Assembly: GCA_951406725.2 (NCBI GenBank)
Contig: OX597814.1
Coordinates: 50,964,001-51,028,000, forward strand
Source of the DNA: Octopus vulgaris
Taxonomy: Eukaryota
Reading direction: 5' to 3'
Length of the DNA stretch: 64,000 bases
Shown: positions 14,312 to 26,503 of the stretch, piece by piece
Position numbering within the stretch: position 1 is the stretch's first letter
Layout: each line of letters opens with the position of its first letter
The notes under the pieces: generated by a model
Told to the model about the DNA's origin: nothing
What the model saw: only the letters and a program-made list of their open reading frames with translations
The model's database searches: none
Position numbers and translations under genes: made by a program

Positions 14312-15419
14312 TAATAGTTATAAACAAGTGTCACTGTTATTCAAGCTAAGTCCCTCATTTGCTGTTTACTTTGGAAACATGTTCAGTCATTTGCTTGGAA
14401 ACAAATAAGGGCTGGCAACAGGAAGGGGATCTGACGATAATAAACTCTGTCCAACCCATGTAACCATAAAATATAATAGACAGATATCTTTTAGAAATAT
14501 ATTTTTGAAAGATATCTGATGATGGGACATACTCACATAAACTATTTTATCTCGTTAAACTATAACAATATGAAAAGTAGACTTAAAGAGAATGCTTTCA
14601 CATAGCATTTCACAAAACATTGTAATATTTCTCTCCTGTTACTTTGTAACCACAGTACTTTGGCTACTTTCTCATCCTGTGATCTTCACTCACACATACA
14701 TATACAATCACAGGTTTTCCTATCCTATCAATGCTGTAGTCAATCTGATTTTCCTGTTGCTCTCAGGAGAATTCATTTCATATTTCTATACCCCCCCCCC
14801 GACCAACTTTATGTTTTTTTTCTGCTTTTGGTTTTGCTCCCACCACACCTCCTCTTACACCTTTCATGTTAATACAGCAGCGTTCATTGACTAGAATTAG
14901 GTGTTGCTCTCTGATTAAACACTGAATTTTATTGTTGTTGTTGTTTTCATAAAACTAGTGACATAAATAAAGATAATAGCAGCAATATTAATGATGATAA
15001 TATTAATAATATATTTGTTTTATATTTGATTTTGATTTTTCTCACTTTTGACTATCTTGTCAGTTTTATACCTGTCATCTTTGTGTCATCTGTGTTATTT
15101 TATTATCATATATGCTATGATATTTATTAATACTATAAACAAAAATATAGAGGTAGCATATTACCTTTTATTGTATTTGTTATACATTAATTGCCTTGAT
15201 CTCTGCCACTACTGCACACTGTACATTACTTTTTTGGTCATTATCTTTCAGAGTCATTTTACTTGTTTAGCAAAAATATGCACTAAAATGTAAAAATCAT
15301 AGGTTCCAATCAAACTCTATTTTTAGCATTATTTTAAAATTCAATTAGCTGTAACATCACCATCATCAATCAACTACAGTTTCCATTTGCAAGATGACAG
15401 ATTTGTGGCATAACCCATT

Positions 15420-15710
15420 GCATCATCAGTGCCTTAAGTTTATCAACAGTCACAACACGATTGAATGCCATCAAGATTTTTAAACCATAGTTTTAGAAGT
15501 ATGTTCACTGTTCATCTTTCCATGGGATAGTTCCCGGATGATCCCTTTACTGATGGACAACCCTCGGTGTCACTGATGATACCCAGCAATTTTCAGCCAT
15601 TCATCTGCTGTCTTGATGGTCATATGGAGCATGTTGCCACAGAGTTGTTGTTACTCAGTCATTTTGTACATCCAGTTGATGTGATTTTAAAAGGCAACCT
15701 GGTGCATTCA
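15420..15710 (-). mobile_element. Highly decayed RTE LINE ORF C-terminal fragment
   Basis: Minus translation NHINWMYKMTE*QQLCGNMLHMTIKTADEWLKIAGYHQ*HRGLSISKGIIRELSHGKMNSEHTSKTMV matches the post-RT RTE pattern (I.W...TNE.LY...RL..AGH..R...HG...GRP..T). Confidence 0.55.
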
Positions 15711-16020
15711 AACTGCATTGATTGCATCCTTTATTAATAATGCATACATAGCTATATATCTATGCGTGTGTCTCTGTGTAAGGAGCTTCCACATAATTGT
15801 GCTCTGCCAAATTCTGTTGGTCAACCCAAGGCCATCGTAGAAGGTACTTGCCCAATGATGAACTGCAGAGCAAGACAAAACCCAGAACCACACAGCTGGA
15901 AAGCTAACTCCTTTACCTTATTGGTATATCCATGCCTGCATCCACCCATATAGGAGACTGAAATAAAACTGAATTATGTACTTTGACTCATTTGATATAA
16001 AAATATTAACTTTTTGTCCC

Positions 16021-16146
16021 ACATCATCATCATCATCATCGTTTAACGTACGCTTTCCATGCTAGCATGGGTTGGACGATTTTGACTGAGGGCTGGTGAA
16101 CCAGATGGCTGCACCAAGCTCCAATCTTGATCTGGCAGAGTTTCTA
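16021..16146 (-). mobile_element. Family C RTE 3' end (short)
   Basis: (CAT)n followed by gtttaacgtacgctttccatgctagcatgggttggacg. Confidence 0.85.
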
Positions 16147-16519
16147 TATTTCTTTTAGTTTCTGTAATTGGTGCTTTTTTTCACCTATCACCCTACTCCT
16201 TTCTCTAACACTTTTTTTTTTTTGCTATGGTTCAGCAAAATTAAATACACCATGAACTTATGCAGTATAAATGCTCACACAAATCTAACATTATAAGCAT
16301 TTGTTGCATGAAAAGAAATACCCACAAATTATTGTTTATAGATTACATGCGTAGGTAATATATATTTGGTTTCATTTATTTACACACATTTCAAGGTCTG
16401 TTTTATTGTTAATCAAGTTAATAGTTAAATAAAAAAGACTTAAGAAAACTGTACAGATGCACCCATTGCCCACTATTGAACCCTGTGACCACAGTACCCA
16501 TAAGAAATTTTTCACTGCC

Positions 16520-16971
16520 TACCACTCAATCCTATCCACCAGAAGGCAGCACCCCCTGCTCACCAGAGGGCTATGTCACTTATCCACCTGATGGCTATAC
16601 CCTCCATCCACCAGTACCCTACCTACCAGAAGGCTATACCACCCATCAACCAGAAGACAGTACTACCCAACCACCAGAAGGTAGCACCACTCACCCTCTA
16701 GTAGGCAGTACCACCCATCGATCAAAGAGGGCTGTACCATTCCTTCTTGAGTTATGCTAATTCATAAGGGCCAGTTTCCATGGTGTATATATACTCCCCA
16801 CCTGGAAGGAACACCAGTCTATCACAGGACTACTCATTATTGCTCAGTCCAGGAATCAAAACCACAATCTTACAATCATGAGTCCAACACCCCTAACCAC
16901 TAAGCCACGCACCTCCACAGCTGTACTACTCACCTGCCAGAGGGCAATATCACCCACTTTGAGAATCACTG
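16520..16971. repeat. Degenerate 24-bp tandem array ending in a hAT-like TIR, interrupted by a SINE
   Basis: About 10 units like ccaccagaaggcagtaccacccat; the array resumes after the SINE (16921-16957) and ends in tttgagaatcactg, the reverse complement of a CAGTGATTCTCAAA hAT/Charlie-type terminus. Confidence 0.6.
16765..16918 (-). mobile_element. SINE family D, diverged and deleted copy
   Basis: gggccagtttcc...caccagtctatcacagg...ccctaaccactaagccacgcacctccac aligns with the copies at 37005 and 48633. Confidence 0.7.
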
Positions 16972-17343
16972 TTGTAAATTTTCACAGCATCAAACTAAAT
17001 ATTCTTTAACCTTCCATTCATTTTACTTCAAATTTTATTATCAAGTGGAACCCAACAGATGATATTTTAGCAATAGTATTAATTCTGTCTCTAAGTTATG
17101 AGTTCAAACCCTGACACTGTCAACATTATGTTCTTTCTTGTCAGATTGTTAAAATAAGTACCATTAGTACATTGGAGATGATTCAGTTGTCTATATCCAC
17201 ACACTCTGCTAATATTTTAATGTGTTCTAATTTGCGATCTAACTCGGGCTGCAATCTCTGGTATTATTATTCCAAAAGGTTTAGATCCATGCAATAATTT
17301 ATTGCATAACAATCCAGTGAATAAGCCAAGAAAGAGTGTAAAG

Positions 17344-17572
17344 GCGGCGAGTTGGCAGAAACGTTAGCACGCTGGGCAAAATGCTTAACAGTATTTCGTC
17401 TGCTGTTACATTCTGAGTTCAAATTCTGCTGAGGTCGACTTTGCCTTTTATCCTTTCGGGGTCGATAAATTAAGTACCAGTTACGCACTGGGGTCGATGT
17501 AATCGACTTAATCCCTTTGTCTGTCCTTGTTTGTCCCCTCTATGTTTAGCCCCTTGTGGGCAATAAAGAAAT
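17344..17572 (+). mobile_element. tRNA-derived SINE family B, young copy with TSD
   Basis: Head gcggcgagttggcagaaacgttagc...gagttcaaattc, body gccttttatcctttcggggtcgataaattaagtacc; 16-bp TSD aagaaagagtgtaaag at 17328-17343 and 17573-17588. Confidence 0.92.
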
Positions 17573-17669
17573 AAGAAAGAGTGTAAAGCAAAAGTATGGA
17601 GACTAGAATCATATACTCCTAGCTCTATCTTCTGCCTATTCTTTTGATCATTCACACCTATCTACTCCA

Positions 17670-18097
17670 AAATTACTACTACTGCTGGTGCTTGTACCAC
17701 AACCAGCACTACTACCACTACTATCACCACCACTAGTACTACTTACTATAGTAATGACTATAGTAATGACTTTTCACATCACTACAAATCCATAGTTACT
17801 AGGCATTTAATTAACCCCAATGTGTCAATGATACTTATTTTACTAGTCCTGCAAGAATGAGCATAACATTGATCCTGGTAGGATTTGAACTCAAAGCTTA
17901 GTGTCAGGATTAAGTGCTAGAAGCTTTTACTTCTACAACTCAGTAGCCCTGCCACCATTTCTATCATTACTACTGCAACTATTTCTATGACAACAATAAA
18001 CTGGACTACTACTACTACCACTATCACCACTACCACCACCACCACTACTACTACCACAACTACTACTACCACCACCACCACCACTACTACTACTACT
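17670..18097. repeat. (ACT)n/(ACC)n trinucleotide tracts flanking a decayed minus-strand family B SINE
   Basis: Trinucleotide runs at about 17670-17760 and 18005-18097; gatttgaactca (reversed B box) at about 17882. Confidence 0.7.
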
Positions 18098-18557
18098 GCT
18101 TAATATACAAATAGTGTAGGCCCTTTATAAAATCTTACGTCATATACGATTTGTTTGTTCTTTAATACTGAAACACACTTTTTTTTTCCTTTACAACCTA
18201 TTGTGTTCTAAAACCACAGGGAATCATTCTTAATAGAGCAGAACAACCTTGTCTCTTTCTTGTTCCACCACACACACACACACACACATACACACAAACT
18301 GCCCCCCCCCCCCAAAAAAAAATAGTAGACCACTTGGGGCTTTGTGAGTCATGCAAGCTTCAACTTTATTACAGGACTATAACACACCATGGGGTGTATT
18401 TATAAACTACTGGTACTACTTAGTTTGGTCATTCTTACTGCAGCTGCTGCTAGCATTTCACTGCAAAGCTAACTTGGCAACTGTTCTCGTGACTTATCTT
18501 AATTCAAAACATTCTAGCCGAAAGTTATTTATCATCTGTTGTCTTCATTATTATTAT

Positions 18558-18770
18558 TGAGCTGGTAGAATCAGTAGAGCATCGGATAAAATACCTTGTA
18601 GTATTTCTTCTGACTATTAACGTTCTGAGTTCAATTCCAACTAGCATCAACTTTGCCTTTCATTTTTCCAAGATCAATGAAATAAAATACTGGTTAGGTA
18701 CTGGGGTTGGCTATATCAACTAGCTCTCCTCCTTTCAAAATTGTTGGCCATGTGCCTAAATCAGAAGTCA
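18558..18770 (+). mobile_element. SINE family B, diverged copy
   Basis: gagctggtagaatcagtagagc...cgttctgagttcaattcc...ctttgcctttcatttttcc...tactggggttg. Confidence 0.7.
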
Positions 18771-19334
18771 TTATTATTATTATTATTATCACCATCATCA
18801 TCATCATCATTCTCATCAGCATCTCAGACATAACAGATGGCATTATTGTGATCACAAATTAGCTGTCGTTATTATCATAATTGTTAAAGTGGCCGTCATT
18901 ATTGTCATCATTTTGGGGTTATGGAGATGTCATAGACAGTTGAGAGTGGATTATGGAGATGTCCTTGACAGTACAAAGTTATACCTGATTATTTGTTAGC
19001 ATGTTCAGAGTTACATTATTCTGAGTCTATTAAATTCATTAGATGTTTGTTTTATCTATCATTCCTATGATCAGTAGAAATAGATGCTGACCATATAAAC
19101 TAACATTGATATAGTTAACTCAATTTCTTGACGCACAAAACTGGCCTTGTGCCTAGTCAAAAGGTACCTTTGATTTCATTTCAGACAGTCTGTAAAAATG
19201 AAACGATTATCCTCAGTCAACATAACAGAAGCAAAAACAAGAATAGAGACTAATAACTATAGTGAACTGATTGTTTTTCGTGTCAGTTAGATAGGCCACA
19301 AAATTATTATTTTTCTAAATTCCCTCCCATGAAT

Positions 19335-20185
19335 TCTTTTATCTTTTACTTGTTTCAGTTTTCTTTTTTTCTTTTTTTTTCTGTGGCCATGCTTGGGTAC
19401 CGCCTTGAAGGGTTTTAGTCAAACAAATCAACCCCAGGACTTATTTTTTAAAGCCTGGTACTTATTCTGTCAGACTCTTTTACCAAACCATTAAGTTACG
19501 GGGATGTAAACACACCAACACCAGTTGTCAAGTAGTGGTGGGGGACAAACACAAACACAGACACACACCTATATATATATATATATATATATATATAGAT
19601 ATATATATATATATATATATAACAGTTTAGCTAGGTGTATAATACACCTACGGGATATTAAATATCTGAAGAATTTACTGGTTTATATTACCCATATCAA
19701 TAACAACATTACTTCTATAGGTAAATAAAATAAACCTACAGTTTATTGATATATAAATATAAATCAGAAATGAAAAACAAAACAATAAATTAAACAATTA
19801 TAAATTCAATTTAAATATTTTGTACAAACAAATGGCAAATCTCATATCATTTGTTTGAGTAAAATATTTAAATCGAATTGAATTTATAATTGTTCAATTT
19901 ATTGTTTTGTCTTTCCATTTCTGATTTATATATATACGTATATGGGTGTGTATGTATGTAGATGATGCTTCACCCATGCCAGCATGGAAGGCAGACATTA
20001 AATGATGATGATAATGGTAGTGGTGGGCTTCTTTCAGTTTCTGCCTATCAAATCCCCTCACAAGGCTTTGGTCAGCCCAAGGCTATAGTAGAAGACACTT
20101 GCCCAAAGTATTGTGCAGTGGGACTGAACCTAGGACCATGTGGTTGAGAAGCAAGCTTCTTACCACACAACCAGGCTTGTGCCTA
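19335..20185 (-). mobile_element. Family A SINE split by inserts in its internal microsatellite
   Basis: 3' half at 19335-19570 (tacttgtttcag...cttattctgtcag), 5' half at 20020-20185 (gggcttctttcagtttc...cttgcccaaag); a foldback and an RTE tail lie between them. Confidence 0.75.
19757..19931. repeat. AT-rich foldback (arms ~80 bp, loop ~13 nt)
   Basis: atataaatcagaaatg...aaatattttgtacaaacaaatg pairs with catttgtttgagtaaaatattt...catttctgatttatat. Confidence 0.88.
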
Positions 20186-20254
20186 TCCATACAACCATGC
20201 CTTTGCTTGTACATATTTGATAAAATTACGTATGTGTGTATGTACGTATGTACA

Positions 20255-20593
20255 ATAGGCTTCTTTTAGTTTCTGTTTACCAAATCCACTACACCACTCA
20301 AAAAGCTTTGGTCAGCCCAGGGCTATAGTAGCAGGCATTTACCGAAGGTGCAACACAATAAAATTGAATCCAGAATTTCTGTAGTTGGGAAGCAAACTTC
20401 AACACAGCCATGCCTTCACCTAATTATCCAAGCTCGGGCATGGTTGTGTGGCTGAGAAGTTAGTTTACAAACTATATGGTTTCAGCTTCAATCCCACAAT
20501 ACCTTGGGCAACTGTATTCTACTATAGCTCCAGGCCAATCAAACTCTTGTGAATGGATTTAGTAGATGGAAAGTGAAAGTACACCATTGTGTG

Positions 20594-20600
<7 letters not shown>
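20255..20600. mobile_element. Two family A SINE 5' halves in head-to-head orientation
   Basis: Minus head at about 20255-20420 and plus head at about 20435-20600 (ccttgggcaactgtattctactatagc). Confidence 0.7.
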
Positions 20601-20630
<30 letters not shown>

Positions 20631-21656
20631 CACATATGGTGGGCAGCTTTCAACTTTTTCTACCCAAAGAATTCTTGTAACCTAATATTTTTACACTAGT
20701 ATTTACTTTTGAGTTCAACTGTTAAAAACAAATGAATGTTATGCATGCATATACATTTACATATTGTATATATTTAAGTATTGTTGTTATATATTTTTCT
20801 TATTTTATAAAATAAATAAATGTCATGAAATCAATCAGTGCTGATAATAAACTTCAAGATTCAACTGTTTTATATCTATAGCTCCATCCTAATACACTTT
20901 AATTGTAGTTAGTCTTTTGTGTTCCCATTCTACTAACCTCAGTAAATCTTTATGTAAGAACAAGTCTTCATACATCTAACATCCTCTAAGCATACAATTA
21001 TAATAAATATAATATATATTAGCATTGTTCATCATCTTTACTGCAAGTTCATGTCTGTTACATTTATTGCTTCCCTGACTTCATTTAGATTCATTGAATA
21101 TATATATATATATACTTAGCTCATTTTTCTCCAACTGGTCAATGCTTTAGTAATATTATATACTTAGTCATATTATATACTTCTGTCAAAGACAGTGGAT
21201 GGACAGCCCTGTCTTTATTCTTCCACATTCAAATCCAACCAAAATAACTTTTCATTTAATTTTTCTAGAATGAAAAAAAAAAGTCATACCTGGTGAGTCA
21301 TGCCTGGAATGCCTTTCATTAAAGAGTGGGGCTAACTTTTTCTGCTAAACAACAACACACATTCAGTATTCTTTTTGTATGAATCCATGTATTACATTTA
21401 AGTGATCCACAAAGGATGTATAGAATCAGTATATCAAGAACACAGTCTTATAAACCTGATTGTTTGCTTGTTTTATTACCTATTTCTTTTTAGATGGTAT
21501 ATGTGACAATCTTTTTCCTTATGTTACAAAAATAACGATTGCTTAAACTAACAAGTCATCATATTTTGCTACATTTTTAGCTGATTATCCATTTTCTACA
21601 AAGAGATCTATGATTTTTGTGACTTTCTCTAAAAAACAGACGACTATATTTTCTTT

Positions 21657-21750
21657 ATACATACATACATACATACATACATACATACATACATACACGC
21701 ATGCACACATACATACATACATACATACATATATACATACATACATACAT
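21657..21750. repeat. (ACAT)n microsatellite
   Basis: Direct reading. Confidence 0.95.
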
Positions 21751-22425
21751 AATTTAGTTTTTATATCTTATTTGTAGAATTAACCCTAATCCATCTTATT
21801 CCATCCATATTTCTTGAATATCAGCCTATTATTTTTGATCATCTTTCATATTATTTGTCATTATTAATCATTACATAATTATATGTACAACTTCCTCTTA
21901 ATTCTCTCTGATCTCAGAAACTCTCTCCTGAATTATTTACTTATAATCTCTCCATGGAACACCTTCAAACAGAAGTATTGTTTCCAAGGCTATATTTTTG
22001 CTAAATCATTATAATTTATGTGAATGAGTCTATTTTAGTTTACATCGTCAAATTTTATATTATATATTAGTCACATACTAACATAATTTCCAAACTCAAT
22101 AGTATAACATGTACACATGATTGAAAGAGCTATTAAAAGTACATTATGTATCATCTTAAATGTTTTAATGTCCATTACCTCATGCTTGCATAGTCAGATG
22201 AAACTTGTGGGGGCAAAATGGTCAAATGCTTTTCATGTTGCCAGTCCTCACCTGTTTCCAACTAAGATAATGTTTCCACTGGTTCTTCAAACAGTGAAAA
22301 GCTCAATGGTCAGACATGCTCTTGTAGAGGATTGTACACAAATGGCACTAATATATTTTAACAGTGACTTTTGCTTATAATTAGCGCACCCATGTCAGGG
22401 TAAAGGAGAATATACAAACATATAT

Positions 22426-22468
<43 letters not shown>

Positions 22469-22508
22469 TACATGCATACATACATACATACATACATACA
22501 TACATACA

Positions 22509-22539
<31 letters not shown>

Positions 22540-23319
22540 GTGTGTATGTGTGTGAACATGCATCTACAGTAGAAGACACTAGCTGACAGTGTCATGCTCT
22601 AGGAATGGTTTTGAAGGCAACTTCTCAACCACACAGCCATATATACACCTATATATATGGCAGTGGATACAGATATGACCAAGTGGTTAAGACATTTGCT
22701 TTGCAATCATGAAATTCTTGGTTTAATCTTGTATCTTCGGCAAATAGCCTCATATCAACCCAAGCTTTGCCAATGAAACTGAACAAGCAAAAAGCTTTGC
22801 GGAAACCTATTGAATAGCTTCTACCTGCAATTCAATGGTCACAGCCTTGTCACAAATCCTATAATGCTGATTTTGGCTTAGAATTATACTGAAGATGCAA
22901 GTATCTATGGAATACTCAGCCAGTTGTACATGAATTTAACTAAACAACAGCTTACTTAATGAAACAATCAGATGCTCATCGTCGATACTGATAAAGAATG
23001 AATTGATCCAGTAGTATTAATGTATTAAGACACTTAAGGAAGTAAAAAACAATAAAAAAATATGTTAACTCTGTTATCTTGAAATATTTTTCAGAGGGGA
23101 AAATTGAATTAATTCACAGGTTTAAAACATCATTCCTCATTATTCCATCAATTGCTTTATATTTTATTCCAATAAATAATTTTTTTCCCTCAACTTTGAT
23201 TTATTTGTCGCATTGAAGACATTTTTACTAACTAACCACCCATCAAGAGGGTTTTAGTTTTTGACAAGCCATGATTTAAGTTTTTACTCAAATAAGTTAT
23301 TCGTTTTTAGTTTAAGTTC

Positions 23320-23391
23320 CGTTTCCACACGACGTCACTAATTCCACTGCAGGATTCCATATATCCCTTATGTAAAATCAAATATGTGTGC

Positions 23392-23422
<31 letters not shown>

Positions 23423-23790
23423 CATGTTATTTCTCTTGAGAATTCTTAGATATAACGACACAAAAGGTATAACCCGCTGAACGGTTTCCTAGCAAGTACC
23501 AGGCGTGCCAGTAGGTAACATAAAGCTTGAGTCATTAACTCAGCGGGATGTTTTTACTGCACTACATACACCTAACAAGTTGGCACTAGATAGATAGGCC
23601 GTGCTAAACAGTCGGCTGCAAACTGAGAATTAACCTGGTTTTTGGTGCTACTGGAGTTCACTACCTCACGAATCATGTCATACTAACAAAGCGAGTGCAG
23701 ATAGCTTGTTTGCTGTCATTGTTGCTGTTGTTGCTATTGATGTTCTTGTTGATGCTACCAACGTTGTTGCTGCAAAACTCTCTCTCTCTC
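23320..23790. promoter_or_regulatory. Candidate promoter / first-exon region
   Basis: Mostly non-repetitive and relatively CpG-retaining; CRE-like cgacgtca at 23330, RFX X-box-like gtttcctagcaag at 23484-23496, AP-1 tgagtca at 23528, possible donor AG|gtaaca at about 23514. Motif matches only. Confidence 0.3.
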
Positions 23791-23813
23791 TCTCTCTCTC
23801 CCCCTCTGTGTAC

Positions 23814-23876
<63 letters not shown>

Positions 23877-23958
23877 TATATATAATATACTTATATATAC
23901 ACACATATGTGTTATGTATTATCTTGTAATATATTATTGCTGTGTATATTTTATGTAT

Positions 23959-23995
<37 letters not shown>

Positions 23996-24589
23996 ACACA
24001 TATATATATATACACATACAAATAAATACATACACACATGCGCACACACACATATATATACATACCTACATATGTGTGTGTATCTATATAAATCTAATAT
24101 ATGCATATGTGTATATATATATATATATATATACATACACACACACACATACTCACTCACATACATACACACCTATAAATACATGTGTGTGTGTATATGT
24201 ATATTAGTGTATACATTCTGTTATTCCTTTGCTGGTTTCAGATTGCAGAGGCCATGCTGAGGTAGTGCCTTCAAATGTTTTATTCAATTATATTGATCCC
24301 AGCACTGATTCCAGTCTGGAACTTAATAACGATTTTCATTTTGTCAGATTACTAAATTACTGGACATTAAAATGACTCGACACAAATGCCACCAGGTTTT
24401 AGACTGGTGTGCAAATGCAAACATGAACAAGTGGAACACACACAGTCACACTCAGCTACATACATAACAGGCTTCCTTACAGTTTCCATCTAAAGAAATA
24501 TTATGAGTTAACTTGATACTATGGTGGAAGGCATGTGCCCAGTGTGTCACACAGGAAAAGGGAACCACTTGGAACCATGTTGTGGAGTG

Positions 24590-25003
24590 AATGTCCTGTG
24601 GTTAAGAAAGTTGCTTTCCAAGCTGTGTGATCAGGGGTTCAATTCCACTGCACAGCACTTTAAGCTAGTGTCACTATCTTGTCTTATAGCCCAGGCCAAC
24701 CAAAGCCTTGTGAGTTGATTTTGTAGACAGAAACTGAAAGAAGCCTATTTAATATCTAGAAGTGTGTGTGTGTGCATATGCATGTATATGTGTGCCCTTG
24801 TCTTGACATCATGTGATGGTAGCAAATGAGCATCACTATCATGCAAATGATGTTGTTTATGTCTAGTCTTCTGTGAAAAACATGTCTGGCAAAGGGGAAG
24901 TATTACCTTGCTTGAAAATAAGTGGGAGTTAGTGTCAGGAAGGGCATCCAAGCATAGAAAATCTACCTCAACAAATTCCATCTAACCCATACAAGCATGG
25001 AAT
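24590..25003 (+). mobile_element. Composite SINE: family A head plus RTE-type tail
   Basis: Head ggttaagaaagttgc...ggttcaattccactgc...accaaagccttgtgag, then ccttgtcttgacatc...caggaagggcatcc...aacccatacaagcatgg. Confidence 0.7.
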
Positions 25004-25378
25004 ATCATCATCATCATCGTTTAACGTCCGCTTTCCATGCTAGCATGGGTTGGATGATTTGACTGAGGTCTGGTGAACCAGGTGGCTGCACCAGACTCCA
25101 ATCTGATCTGGCAGAGTTTCTACAGCTGGATGCCCTTCCTAATGCCAACCACTCCAAGAGTGTAGTGGGTGCTTTTATGTGCCACTGACATGAGGGCCAG
25201 TCAGGTGGTACTGGCAACGGCCATCCTCAAATGGTGCTTTTTATGTGCCACAGCACTAGCAACGACCTCGCTCAAATGCTTTTTCACGTGCCTCTAACAC
25301 AAATGCCAGTAAAGCGACGCAGGTAACGATCACACTTGAATGGTGTTTTTTACATGCCACCGGCACAAAGGCCAGCTT
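25004..25378 (-). mobile_element. Family C RTE 3' end with 4 internal repeat units
   Basis: (CAT)n tail and conserved body; the tttt(a/c)cgtgcc-type unit occurs four times. Confidence 0.88.
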
Positions 25379-25408
25379 TTCCTCACACATGCATATATTA
25401 ATAACATA

Positions 25409-25614
25409 CAGTAATCCCTCAACTATCACCGGTGTTACATTCCAAAACCTCCCACAGAAATAAATCAAATCTAAAAAAGTATAAATACCTATTGGCCGCA
25501 GAAACCCGCAATATACTGAGGATTCCACGATATAAATTTACATATATTAGCCAGAAAAATCCACAATGTATTGAGTGTGCGATAGGTGAACCGCAATATG
25601 GTGAGGGATTACTG
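25409..25614. mobile_element. pogo/Tigger-like MITE, TA-flanked
   Basis: TA|cagtaatccctca ... tgagggattactg|TA; homologous to 9255-9489. Confidence 0.85.
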
Positions 25615-25634
25615 TATGTGTGTGTGTGTGTGAA

Positions 25635-26070
25635 GGTGCAGGCATGGCTGTGTGCATATAGGAACAAGCATAGCTTTGTGGTAAGAAGCTTGCTTCCCAA
25701 CCACATGGTTCCAGGTTCAGTCCCATTGCATAGCATCTTGGTCAAGTGTCTTCTATATCTTCAGGCTAACCAAAGCCGTGAGAGTGGATTTGGTAGATGG
25801 AACCTGAAAGAAGCCCTTTACCCATGTGTGTGTGTGTGTGTATTCTTGTGTCTTTGTGTCTGTGTTTGTCCCCTGCCACCATTTGACAACCAGTGTTGGT
25901 GTGTTTACATCCCCATAACTTAGTGGTTTGGCAAAAAGGGATCACTAGAATAAGTACCATGTTTAACCAAAATAGAAATTACTTGCGTCAATTCATTTGA
26001 CTAAAAATTCTTGAAGGTGGTATCACCAGCATGACTGCACTGTAATGACTTAGACAACCAAAAGATAAAA
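25635..26070 (+). mobile_element. SINE family A
   Basis: Head, body and tail all match the family A pattern. Confidence 0.85.
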
Positions 26071-26080
26071 TATATATATT

Positions 26081-26503
26081 AGGCATAGGAGTGGCTGTGT
26101 GATAAATAGCTTGCTTACCAACCACATGGTTCCGGGTTCAGTCCCACTGCGTGGCATCTTGGGCAAGTGTCTTCTACTATAGCCTCAGGCTGACCAAAGC
26201 CTTGTGAGTGGATTTGGTGGGCAGAAACTGAAAGAAGCCCATCGTATATATATATATGTATATGTATATGTGTGTGTGTGTGTGTGTATACGTCTGTGTG
26301 TCTGTGTTTGTCTTCCCAACATCGCTTGTCAACCGATGCTGGTGTGTTTACATCCCCATAACTTAGCGGTTCGGCAAAAGTGACCGATAGAATAAGTACT
26401 AGGCTTACAAAGAAAAAGTCCTGGGGTCGATGTCCTCGACTAAAGGCGGTGCTCCAGCATGGCCACAGTCAAATGACTGAAACAAGTAAAAGAGTAAAAA
26501 AGT
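26081..26503 (+). mobile_element. SINE family A, young full-length copy
   Basis: aggcataggagtggctgtgtg...ggttcagtcccactgcgtggcatcttgggcaagtgtcttctactatagcc...(TA/TG)n...aaatgactgaaacaagtaaaagagt. Confidence 0.93.

Noticed and set aside
23695-23790. Leu-rich signal-peptide-like frame
   Set aside because: It has no ATG, derives from (TTG/CTG)n low-complexity sequence and runs into (TC)n without a donor.
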